DNA from: an uncultured euryarchaeote | Lineage (GTDB): Archaea > Thermoplasmatota > Poseidoniia > Poseidoniales > Poseidoniaceae | Reading direction: 5' to 3' | Length of the DNA stretch: 19,277 nt | NCBI GenBank assembly: GCA_937899865.1 | Contig: CALBRH010000030.1 | Span: 1-19,277, forward strand | Shown here: positions 1-8,142 of the stretch, piece by piece | Position numbering within the stretch: position 1 is the stretch's first letter | Layout of the letters: the number at the start of each line of letters is the position of its first letter | Program-made: the position numbers and the translations under genes | The notes under the pieces: model-generated | What the model was told of the DNA's origin: nothing | Database searches by the model: none | The model's input: the letters and a program-made list of their open reading frames with translations, nothing else

Positions 1-27
1 TTTATGATAAGTTGATTACTATTTAAT

Positions 28-95
28 TGGCGCCGAGAGGGAGATTTGAACTCCCGTGGGAAGATCCCACGCGATTTCCAGTCGCGCGCACTACC
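28..95 (-). repeat. Partial copy (3' 68 nt including CCA) of the tRNA-Ser(GGA) gene; att-like direct repeat
   Basis: 28-95 aligns without gaps to 872-939 (offset 844) at 64/68 identity; mismatches at 40/884, 42/886, 52/896 and 57/901. The intact 5' acceptor strand GCCGAGA is absent. Confidence 0.93.
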
Positions 96-871
96 CAATT
101 CGATGCCATTCGGGAAAAATATAATGTGATTATTTAGCAATCATCACGACAATGGATGAGGTATCTATTGAAGGAGCAGAGGTAGTTCCCAAGAAATTCA
201 CTAGCGTATCTAAAAAACCAATAATACTGTTGTGTGTATTTGGTTTGGTCCTAGCACCAATCGCGGTGTACGACGATAATTGGTTGAACGCAAATATTGA
301 CACAGATGATTTTTGGGGGACCATTATGAAACAAAACGTGTACATAAGTCTGGACACATTCCAAATGGAGTATTGTGCTGATGATGATTGTGAGATCGAA
401 GAGAAGCAAAAATTAGGCGAATTATACCAATTATGTTACGATGAGGTAATTGAGGAAGAAGGAGATGATGAAGTAGATGATGATGAGATGGAAGAACTGT
501 GCGGCCCATGGAATGAGCTTGACAAGGCCGGTAAGACTACGAAGACGTTAATTTTTACAAGTATGTTCATCGTTCTTGCTGGAATTTTAGTTAGCCTATC
601 GCCAATTTCTACCCAATATCGAATACTACCATATTCAATGATCACTGCAGGCGGTGGAGTGACTCTTGCTTCTATCCTCAACTGGAAGCGAATGCTACCA
701 GAATTTACAGAAAATTTAGACAATGGTAGTGGACAAGCAATAGCCATATTTTCAGGAATTCTTTTCCTTCTTGCCGGAATTATTGGAATAATACAATCTA
801 GAAAGTTGATTAAACAAGAACTACAAATCGACAGCATAGCCGAAGAGTAAGCGGTTATTGAGATTAGTTTT
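96..871. mobile_element. Putative tRNA-anchored single-gene islet between tRNA-Ser and its 3' duplicate
   Basis: Bounded by direct repeats of the tRNA 3' end, the usual signature of tRNA-targeted integration. Contains one CDS and no integrase. Confidence 0.55.
152..850 (+). CDS. Uncharacterised four-TM membrane protein with Cys-containing, highly acidic first loop (claudin/PMP22-like topology)
   Basis: 232-aa ORF with hydrophobic segments PIILLCVFGLVLAPIAV, TLIFTSMFIVLAGILVSL, ILPYSMITAGGGVTLASIL and IAIFSGILFLLAGIIGII. The loop has four Cys (YCADDDC, LCY, LCG). AT-rich TATA-like AAATATAA lies ~30 nt upstream. Confidence 0.8.
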   Translation: MDEVSIEGAEVVPKKFTSVSKKPIILLCVFGLVLAPIAVYDDNWLNANIDTDDFWGTIMKQNVYISLDTFQMEYCADDDCEIEEKQKLGELYQLCYDEVIEEEGDDEVDDDEMEELCGPWNELDKAGKTTKTLIFTSMFIVLAGILVSLSPISTQYRILPYSMITAGGGVTLASILNWKRMLPEFTENLDNGSGQAIAIFSGILFLLAGIIGIIQSRKLIKQELQIDSIAEE

Positions 872-957
872 TGGCGCCGAGAGAGGGATTTGAACCCCCG
901 AGGGAAGATCCCACGCGATTTCCAGTCGCGCGCACTACCAGGCTATGCGATCTCGGC
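872..957 (-). tRNA. tRNA-Ser(GGA), 86 nt, encoded CCA, no intron
   Basis: Reverse complement folds as a cloverleaf: acceptor GCCGAGA/TCTCGGC, discriminator G plus CCA, D-stem GCAT/GTGC, anticodon stem CGCGA/TCGCG with loop CTGGAAA, long variable arm GGGATCTTCCC, T-arm GGGGG-TTCAAAT-CCCTC. Confidence 0.97.
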
Positions 958-985
958 CTAAACCGTGCGGTGGTTATTCTCCGTT

Positions 986-991
986 TAACAT
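986..991 (-). promoter_or_regulatory. Probable TATA box of tRNA-Ser (TTAAAC)
   Basis: TTAAAC on the minus strand ~29-34 nt upstream of the mature tRNA 5' end; position only. Confidence 0.35.
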
Positions 992-1056
992 TCACGCCAT
1001 TAAATCGCCAACCAATTTAGCGAAAATACTCAAAGGTGATTCGACTAGCGTTAGCC

Positions 1057-2181
1057 ATGACCGAGCCATCCGGTGAGTCAACTGAGACAGAAGATGGCAT
1101 GCAATTTAGATTGCGTGATATGGAATTAAAGGTTAAAGTTGGCGATATCCACCCAATTTTCAATAGAATTGATGATTTGAGAAAACAATGGAAATTTATG
1201 ATCTTACTCGCATTGAATGATTGGAAGAAAGCAAATTACTTGATGCTTGGTTTTGGTATTATTGCTTTTACACTTGGGTCTATTTCCACCGATATTATTT
1301 CTGGAGGTGATTCCCTCTCCACCGGCATGGATGGTTTGATGGGAGTTGGTTCATTTTCTTTCTTTCAAATGTTACTATCTGTAGTTGCTTGGGTAGTATT
1401 TCTCTACTTTGTATGGATAGAATTCCCAGTTATGCGAATTCACTCAATAACAATGATGTTGATTTGGAATGGCATGGTATTTGCCAATGTATTTTTTCAC
1501 CAAAACAATCCAGATTGGCCAACCGATATGGCTCTATCAGACATGATGTATGGAACACTGATTATGCTAGTAGTTGTGTTCTTCACATACTTTTTCTGGA
1601 AAGCAGTTAGTGACACAAGGGATTTACACGTCCAAGTTCATCACGTCCATGAAGATGTTCGAATCATGGAGCGAGATATGTATGAGCACTCATTAGGTGG
1701 CTGGGGTTCAATGTTGTTTGTGTGGTTTTCAGCAACTTTCATTTCTGCGTGGAGTGGAGTTAACTTCGTTGCTTCGAGAAACAATGAGGCATACTTCACA
1801 CTATTTTTGCATGTATTAACTGGAATTATAATTATACCACTGTTTTTGATGATAATATGGTACCCGCAAAGAATGCTTGGCACGGCTACTAAAATTAGTA
1901 CTTCAGCTGCACTAACAGCAGAAATTGAAATGAGTCAAGGACAACTTAACATCACTACAGATGCAAAATGCCCAGAATGTGATGCTCCAGTAAAACTAAC
2001 AATGGAAATGGATGGTCAAATCTCTGTACCATGTTTCAATGAAGGTTGTGAAACTTTTAGTGGCATCATTGGCTCAATTTGCTCTGGGTGTGAAAAAGAA
2101 TTCCCATCTAGATTCAATTGTCAATCTTGCAATACCAATATCCCATACATTGACACGATTCCGGATTCGGAGGCTTGGTGA
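1057..2181 (+). CDS. Uncharacterised polytopic membrane protein with C-terminal double zinc-ribbon-like Cys cluster
   Basis: ORF track 1036..2181 (GTG); ATG at 1057 is an equally plausible start. About seven hydrophobic segments, His-rich loop DLHVQVHHVHED, and C-terminal CPEC..CFNEGC..CSGC..CQSC. Confidence 0.85.
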   Translation: MTEPSGESTETEDGMQFRLRDMELKVKVGDIHPIFNRIDDLRKQWKFMILLALNDWKKANYLMLGFGIIAFTLGSISTDIISGGDSLSTGMDGLMGVGSFSFFQMLLSVVAWVVFLYFVWIEFPVMRIHSITMMLIWNGMVFANVFFHQNNPDWPTDMALSDMMYGTLIMLVVVFFTYFFWKAVSDTRDLHVQVHHVHEDVRIMERDMYEHSLGGWGSMLFVWFSATFISAWSGVNFVASRNNEAYFTLFLHVLTGIIIIPLFLMIIWYPQRMLGTATKISTSAALTAEIEMSQGQLNITTDAKCPECDAPVKLTMEMDGQISVPCFNEGCETFSGIIGSICSGCEKEFPSRFNCQSCNTNIPYIDTIPDSEAW

Positions 2182-3395
2182 TGTTCTCACATCTTAGGGA
2201 AGATTTCCCTACACTTAGAGGTGAAAATTCACCGGCATACTTAGACAATGCTTGTGTAACGTTGAAGCCTGATTCTGTCATTAAGTCAATTAGTGATTAC
2301 TACAACATGTATCCTGGATGTGGTGGTAGGTCTGTTCATCGTTATGGCACACAGGTGTCACGTTTGGTATCCCAATCAAGAAAATCAATTGCTAATTTTA
2401 TCAATGCAAATTCTGTAAATGAAGTAGTATTTACTCGTAACACAACTCATTCGATTAATCAAATTGCTAAAGGTTTGTCTTGGAATAAGGGTGATGTAAT
2501 CATAACTGGTGACAGAGAACATAATTCCAACCTTGTACCTTGGCTACAACTTGCTGAAGAGCAAGGAATCGAACATCGTATTGTTGAATCTAATCCCGAT
2601 AACACATTCAATCTCGAAAATTTTGAACAACTTTGCGAAGAGGTTGGAGACCGATTAAAAATGGTCTCTCTAAGTCAAGTTGGAAATCTAGATGGCATTT
2701 CAATACCGATTAAGAAAATCGCTAAGATTACTCATCAATATGATGCATTGATTGCTGTTGATGGTGCGCAATCAACACCTCATATGCGAGTAGATGTTCA
2801 AGATTTAGATATAGACTTCATTTCTTTTTCAATTCACAAGATGTGTGGTCCATCTGGCATGGGTGGACTTTGGGGTCGCTATGAATTACTTGATTCTCTT
2901 CGCTCGATTCAATCTGGCGGACAAACCGTTGAAACCTCTCATTATGATTCAATCAAATGGGCTGCTCCACCTTCAAAATTTGAAGGCGGCTTAGGCAATT
3001 TTGCTGGCATGATCGCTAGTGGCAAAGCAATTGACTATCTATCAAAATTAGATATGAATGCAGTTCATGAACATGAAATAAAGTTAAACAAGATAATTAC
3101 TAACAAAATAAAGCATCTTGATGCTATCGAAATTATTGGTCCTGAAGATGCGAGTCATCGAGGTGGAATTTGTTCGATTTTAATGGGCGACTTACCATCT
3201 CATGATATTGCAATCTTGTTGGATGAAGCTGCTGGCGTAATGGTAAGAAGTGGCCAACACTGTGTTCACTCATGGTTCAATGCTCGTGGTCATGTTAACG
3301 GTTCGCTAAGAGCATCTGCTTATTTTTATAACACTGAAGAAGATGCAAATCTATTTGCTGATACCTTCACTGAAGCAGTTGAAGCATTTGGTTGA
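2181..3395 (+). CDS. sufS: Cysteine desulfurase, SufS/CsdA-like (class V PLP aminotransferase)
   Basis: Motifs YLDNAC, FTRNTT, EHNSN, DGAQS, FSIHKM (PLP lysine), RSGQHC (catalytic Cys), RASAYFYNT. GGAGG SD at 2169-2173 favours ATG 2181, which overlaps the upstream stop (TGATG). Confidence 0.9.
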   Translation: MFSHLREDFPTLRGENSPAYLDNACVTLKPDSVIKSISDYYNMYPGCGGRSVHRYGTQVSRLVSQSRKSIANFINANSVNEVVFTRNTTHSINQIAKGLSWNKGDVIITGDREHNSNLVPWLQLAEEQGIEHRIVESNPDNTFNLENFEQLCEEVGDRLKMVSLSQVGNLDGISIPIKKIAKITHQYDALIAVDGAQSTPHMRVDVQDLDIDFISFSIHKMCGPSGMGGLWGRYELLDSLRSIQSGGQTVETSHYDSIKWAAPPSKFEGGLGNFAGMIASGKAIDYLSKLDMNAVHEHEIKLNKIITNKIKHLDAIEIIGPEDASHRGGICSILMGDLPSHDIAILLDEAAGVMVRSGQHCVHSWFNARGHVNGSLRASAYFYNTEEDANLFADTFTEAVEAFG

Positions 3396-4534
3396 TTCTT
3401 ATGGATGAATTATTAGATATTGTGACCAGTGATGTGATTCCTGAAGCCACTTTGTTGTCACATCAACAATCAACAAGAAAATTTGTTGGCTTTATGGTTG
3501 TTATATCACTGATTCTGGTTTTTTCGACTGTATATTTGGCTAATGTTTTTTCTGAAAACAATCCATTTGCAGTCCGGCCAACAGATGGGGCTTTGGAATC
3601 TCAAGAAGTATATAGTGAATTAATCCAAACTGATGCTACTAAATTGGACGGTTCCGGTGTAAAAGTGTGTATTGTCGATTCTGGGATTGATACAAGTCAC
3701 AAGGATTTAGATGGTATGAACTTAGTTGCATGGCGTGATTTTGTCAATAATCAAGAACAACCCTATGATGACCAAGGGCATGGAACAAGTATGGCTGGAA
3801 TATTAGTTGCTGATGGTTGGATAGAAGGTGTAGCACCTGAAGTCGAATTAGTTGTGGCTAAAGCACTATCAAGTGATGGTAGTGGCGATGATGGAATTGT
3901 TGCCGATGCAATAGACTGGTGTGTTGAACAAGGAGTCCAAATCATCTCATTATCGCTTGGAGGGGCACCCGGATTGATTCCATTCAATCCATTTGGTGGC
4001 CGTGATTCTGGAGATGCTGCAGATGATGCGATTAACCAAGGTATAGTAGTAATTGCAGCAGCAGGTAATGATGGAGGCCCTGATGATGATGGAGATGTTG
4101 CCCATCCATCAAGTGAAAGATTAGTCATCTCTGTTGGAGGAGTCACTGAAGATGGTAGTCATTGGAGCGGTTCATCAATAGGTGATAATAATGGCAATTT
4201 ACTGCCATTGATACTGCCAAGACAAGACCCTCACAAGAAGCCAGAGGTTGTTGCCCCAGCAGAGGGAGTACCAGTGATCAACAATGATGGAACATGGTCA
4301 ATAGTTGATGGAACAAGTGCTGCAACAGTATTCGTTACCGGTGCTATAGCTTTACTTTTAGAAGCCAATCCAAGTCTTGCTGCTAACGAATCTTCGGGTT
4401 CTTCTGACACGGTAGTTCAAATAAAACAGGCAATAATGAATACATCAAAACCGCTACCAAGTCAAGATGGACATGATGACAACTATGGTTATGGAATGTT
4501 ACAGGTTGAAAACTTGATTGCTTCTTTTGCCTAA
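3392..4534 (+). CDS. Membrane-anchored subtilisin-like S8 serine peptidase
   Basis: Catalytic triad motifs IVDSGID, DQGHGTSMAG and DGTSAAT; oxyanion AAAGND; N-terminal hydrophobic helix FVGFMVVISLILVFSTVYLA. Start may be ATG 3401. Confidence 0.92.
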   Translation: MILMDELLDIVTSDVIPEATLLSHQQSTRKFVGFMVVISLILVFSTVYLANVFSENNPFAVRPTDGALESQEVYSELIQTDATKLDGSGVKVCIVDSGIDTSHKDLDGMNLVAWRDFVNNQEQPYDDQGHGTSMAGILVADGWIEGVAPEVELVVAKALSSDGSGDDGIVADAIDWCVEQGVQIISLSLGGAPGLIPFNPFGGRDSGDAADDAINQGIVVIAAAGNDGGPDDDGDVAHPSSERLVISVGGVTEDGSHWSGSSIGDNNGNLLPLILPRQDPHKKPEVVAPAEGVPVINNDGTWSIVDGTSAATVFVTGAIALLLEANPSLAANESSGSSDTVVQIKQAIMNTSKPLPSQDGHDDNYGYGMLQVENLIASFA

Positions 4535-5269
4535 TTATTTTTTAAGAAACGTAACAATAGTTCCTTCAAAGACCGGAATAAAGGCTACATAGTATTCCAT
4601 TTGTGATTTTTTAATCAATTCAATCCAATTATTAAATCCATTAACCAATGCCATCTTTAATTCATCTGTTTCATCAACATCTCCTGTCGGAACCATTGGT
4701 TCAGTAGATACTAGAACTCCATTTTTTGATAACAAAGGTAAACAATTTTCGATCGATTTCGCTAAATCTTCAGGCTTCTCATCTACAATAATCACATCAT
4801 AATTTGTCAAAAGTGGCGCATCTCCAGATTCAAGACCTGATATTGTTGCTGCTTTCCAAGCCATTGTTTCTGCGGCGAGATTTTGTAACTCTCCAAGTTT
4901 GATATTGGTCCATGATGACGCATCATATCTATCGACTAATCGCTTTATGATAATTGCAAATTTGCTACCTTGTTCAATAATATCATACCTGTTTGGTTTT
5001 GATTTACTATCAAATAAATCCAACATCCAAGCACTACGATGGCCAATGCCTCCACCAACCTCAAGCACATTTTTCGGCTCGATACGATATAATCCGTCTC
5101 TAACTCTACGCATTACAGAAATTGGCCATGTTTCAAGACCCATGTGTTGTAATTGCTCATTGATATTAGCAGCAATTTGTGGTTCATCTTTTGGTAAATC
5201 TGCAGGCTTACCAAATAGATTACCAAGCAATTCAGAACGGTCAGGTAAAACCGTATCATCTTCGCTCAT
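4535..5269 (-). CDS. Class I SAM-dependent methyltransferase-like protein (O-methyltransferase-like)
   Basis: Motif I VLEVGGGIGHRSAW, acidic end of beta2 (YDIIEQ), YDVIIVD strand and LLSKNGVLV post-motif. Substrate unknown. Confidence 0.72.
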   Translation of the reverse strand: MSEDDTVLPDRSELLGNLFGKPADLPKDEPQIAANINEQLQHMGLETWPISVMRRVRDGLYRIEPKNVLEVGGGIGHRSAWMLDLFDSKSKPNRYDIIEQGSKFAIIIKRLVDRYDASSWTNIKLGELQNLAAETMAWKAATISGLESGDAPLLTNYDVIIVDEKPEDLAKSIENCLPLLSKNGVLVSTEPMVPTGDVDETDELKMALVNGFNNWIELIKKSQMEYYVAFIPVFEGTIVTFLKK

Positions 5270-5360
5270 GATTTGGCCACATATTAGCGATTGATGAATG
5301 CTCGTATCGGTATTTTAGGCGATTACTTGAAACCTAATGGGCTGTGGGAGAGACGATAGC

Positions 5361-6128
5361 ATGACTGATGAAGTAGCTGAGGATGACTATGAAGAGGTCG
5401 TCGAAAATGTTGCTCTATGCAGTGAATGTGATGATTATATGGAACATGAAATATTGAAAGAACGCAAGGTTGGAACTGGTCGTGACCTTTTGCTGAAATG
5501 TATATCATGTTCAGCAATTAATAATTTACAGATTAGAGAGCCAAAGTCAATATCAATTCCATTTATCTTAACTGATGGCCCCCATTCAGCACGTGTTGAA
5601 TTAGCAATTGATGAAGATGAAGTATTCAATATTGGAGATGTCTTTGAAGAGGATGAAATGTTATGGACAATAAACCAAATTCTCGACAAGGACAAGCGTA
5701 AAAAGAAGACTATTTTGGCAATAGATGCCTCATCAATTTCAGCCTTACGCACTGACATGGTACGTGTCAAAATAACAGCAACTAGAGGCGAGCAATCAGA
5801 CTCCTCTTCGATGCTAGTTGAATATGGAACCAAATTTACTGCAGATACCAAAATCGATTATCAAGGTGAAGTTTGGCGCATTAGAGCAATTCACACTGGC
5901 GCTGGAAGAACACTGAAGGGTACTGTGGAATCTCAAGATATCAAACGGATTTACTTGCATGAACCACCTAACCCTGAACATTTTGAGCCAAAGACTCCTA
6001 GAGAACGTAGACAAGCATGGAAAGAAGGTAGATTAGGGTACAATCCTAATCCGGAAATTCCCAAAGAGATTACCAAAAAAAGAGTTACTCCAAGTAATAA
6101 GCGTAAGAAAAAGCGCCCAAGAAAGTAA
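5361..6128 (+). CDS. Archaeal zinc-finger protein, HVO_0476/COG1326-like
   Basis: N-terminal CSEC..HEILK..LLKCISC pattern typical of this family; very basic C-terminal tail. ATG 5361 preferred over 5337. Confidence 0.7.
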   Translation: MTDEVAEDDYEEVVENVALCSECDDYMEHEILKERKVGTGRDLLLKCISCSAINNLQIREPKSISIPFILTDGPHSARVELAIDEDEVFNIGDVFEEDEMLWTINQILDKDKRKKKTILAIDASSISALRTDMVRVKITATRGEQSDSSSMLVEYGTKFTADTKIDYQGEVWRIRAIHTGAGRTLKGTVESQDIKRIYLHEPPNPEHFEPKTPRERRQAWKEGRLGYNPNPEIPKEITKKRVTPSNKRKKKRPRK

Positions 6129-7106
6129 TCAAGGACGGTTTGTCCATGGCATTAAGAATGCCTTAGCAACTTGTGCCCCAACTGTTGGATTTTCTTGTAA
6201 TCTGCGAATACTGTATTCATACCACTTCTCCCCGTAAGGGATGTATACCCTAGTTCTGTGACCTTTCGCTGCTAATTTTCTTCTTAGAGGCCCTCTTACA
6301 CCCAACAACATTTGGAACTCATAACCAGGACCTTTTCCAGTTCGAGGCTTACCAGCATTTTCCCTTGGGTCTGCAATATTTGGACCCATGCCATATGATT
6401 CAAGAGCAGATAATGCATGATTGATTACTGGTTTGTCATGAGATGCAACTGCACAGTAAGCACCAGCAGCTAACATCTTGTCAATGCTGGCATTTGTAGC
6501 GCTAACAATCTCATCATATCCTATGTGAGCAATATCTTCTGGTTCAAGATAAATTCCCTTACAAATTCTATAATCGGCAGCCGAACCAAGTTTTTGCTCT
6601 AAATAATCGATATCATCAAGGGTTCTGAACAATCGCCCTTGGTATACAGTTCCAACATTGGTTAAACCTTCATTATGTAAATCAACCACTACATCGATAG
6701 TAGCTTGTGTTACACGATGATCTTCCATGTCTAGTCGAACAAACATGTCATGCTGTGATGCCATTTGTACTAGGCTACGAATTTTCTCAAATCCTTTATC
6801 TCTATCTATTAACAAACCAAATGCAGTCGGTTTAATACTAAGATTGGAGTCGAGTTCATGCTCGATAATTTGATCAATTAATTTAGCATACTCATCATAG
6901 AAATATTGTGCTTCATCCATTGAAGTAATTTCTTCGCCAAGAACATCTACTGTAAAGCAAGCATTCTCCTTGCTCAAACGCTTCATCACTTTTATTGCAT
7001 CCTCAATATTATTTCCTGCAACGTATCGACGAGAAACCCATCCTACAAACCATTTAGGCATCCGAATTGTCATGCCAACTACAAGTTTTGAAAACCAGCC
7101 GGTCAT
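6129..7106 (-). CDS. Monofunctional proline dehydrogenase (FAD)
   Basis: Motifs RRYVAG, DVLGE, SIKPTAFG, RLDMED, RICKGIY, ASHD, EFQMLLGVR and RVYIPYG..WYEYSIRRLQENP. Confidence 0.93.
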   Translation of the reverse strand: MTGWFSKLVVGMTIRMPKWFVGWVSRRYVAGNNIEDAIKVMKRLSKENACFTVDVLGEEITSMDEAQYFYDEYAKLIDQIIEHELDSNLSIKPTAFGLLIDRDKGFEKIRSLVQMASQHDMFVRLDMEDHRVTQATIDVVVDLHNEGLTNVGTVYQGRLFRTLDDIDYLEQKLGSAADYRICKGIYLEPEDIAHIGYDEIVSATNASIDKMLAAGAYCAVASHDKPVINHALSALESYGMGPNIADPRENAGKPRTGKGPGYEFQMLLGVRGPLRRKLAAKGHRTRVYIPYGEKWYEYSIRRLQENPTVGAQVAKAFLMPWTNRP

Positions 7107-7137
7107 AGCAACCCCAACATAGGCTCAATGAGGAGAT

Positions 7138-8118
7138 TCATGAGGCTTGTGTTTTTTTGCCCAAGGCCTCTACAATCTGTTTGGTTGTTAGTAATGGAAC
7201 TTTAACATCTGACAAGAAATCTCTAATTGCCTGTCGTTGCCACCCCCTAAACGCTTTTTTATCCATGGAACAAATGATTTGCCCTTGTGGAAATGCTTGT
7301 TTTGTTGCTGCTATTGCTGATTCTAAAGCCTGTTTCCAATTACCACCAGGCTGTTCATTTTCATCTTCTGGTTTTTCAAATGGAAGAGCATAAGTTGCTA
7401 ACATATGACCTAACCAAACCCCATCCATCGATGCTAATTTATTTGCACGTGGAGCATAATGGCCACCACCTAATGTTACCAATACCAAATCACCTGAATT
7501 TGCTTTTTCATCCCAAAGGCCAATGTTATTTTCCCCACCTAATGCCATTCCATCCGCAATAATTCTGGCCAGTAATTCAGCAGCCTCCTCATTTGGCCAT
7601 GTTTTCTCAGTTGAGCCAATTTCAATGAACATTGCAGGAACATTAAGCCATGGCCCATGGTGAGTTACTTCTAATGTAAGTTCAAACTGTTCAGCAAGTT
7701 CTGTTCCTGAAACATATTCTTGCAACATTTTCCACCATGAGGAAAGCCTTGTTGAAGGTGGTGGTGCAAATCCAGCCTTACCGCCAAATTGAGGCTTTTC
7801 GGCTTTATTTAACTGTGGCACACCGATTGGATGGAGTGTTAAAGATGGCTTACCGCTAGCTGCTGCATGTCGTGAAGGAAAAATCACTTCGGTAACGACT
7901 TCCCCAGTATTATCAAACCATCTTTGATCAATATCATCTTCAAAAAGTATACCTCGTTCAAACATCCAAATTCTAACATCATTTAGTTGATAAGCTAATT
8001 TTCCTTCAACCTTGCCAATTGATTGCCATGGAAATTTTTCAAGTAGATATTTGGCTTGGTTATATGATGCTATATCATCGGCATTCACAGCAATAATGGA
8101 AACTTGCTGGCTGCCCAT
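7138..8118 (-). CDS. dtdA: Archaeal D-aminoacyl-tRNA deacylase (DTD2/GEK1 family)
   Basis: Motifs SRHAAASGKPSLTLHPIG, LEVTHHGP, FIEIGS and GGGHYAP. Confidence 0.92.
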   Translation of the reverse strand: MGSQQVSIIAVNADDIASYNQAKYLLEKFPWQSIGKVEGKLAYQLNDVRIWMFERGILFEDDIDQRWFDNTGEVVTEVIFPSRHAAASGKPSLTLHPIGVPQLNKAEKPQFGGKAGFAPPPSTRLSSWWKMLQEYVSGTELAEQFELTLEVTHHGPWLNVPAMFIEIGSTEKTWPNEEAAELLARIIADGMALGGENNIGLWDEKANSGDLVLVTLGGGHYAPRANKLASMDGVWLGHMLATYALPFEKPEDENEQPGGNWKQALESAIAATKQAFPQGQIICSMDKKAFRGWQRQAIRDFLSDVKVPLLTTKQIVEALGKKTQAS

Positions 8119-8142
8119 AATTACCTGTCACAGTAGACATTT

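Noticed and set aside
28-95. Second functional tRNA-Ser or split/permuted tRNA half
   Set aside because: The acceptor stem cannot form, and I see no bulge-helix-bulge or complementary leader/trailer sequences expected for trans-spliced tRNAs.
436-837. Antisense ORFs of 60-150 aa opposite real genes (e.g. 436..837, 3763..4146, 4899..5294, 5435..5851, 18246..18698 and those inside 10734..16439)
   Set aside because: Fully overlap well-supported CDSs, have Ser/Ile-rich shadow composition, and show no motifs or SD signals.
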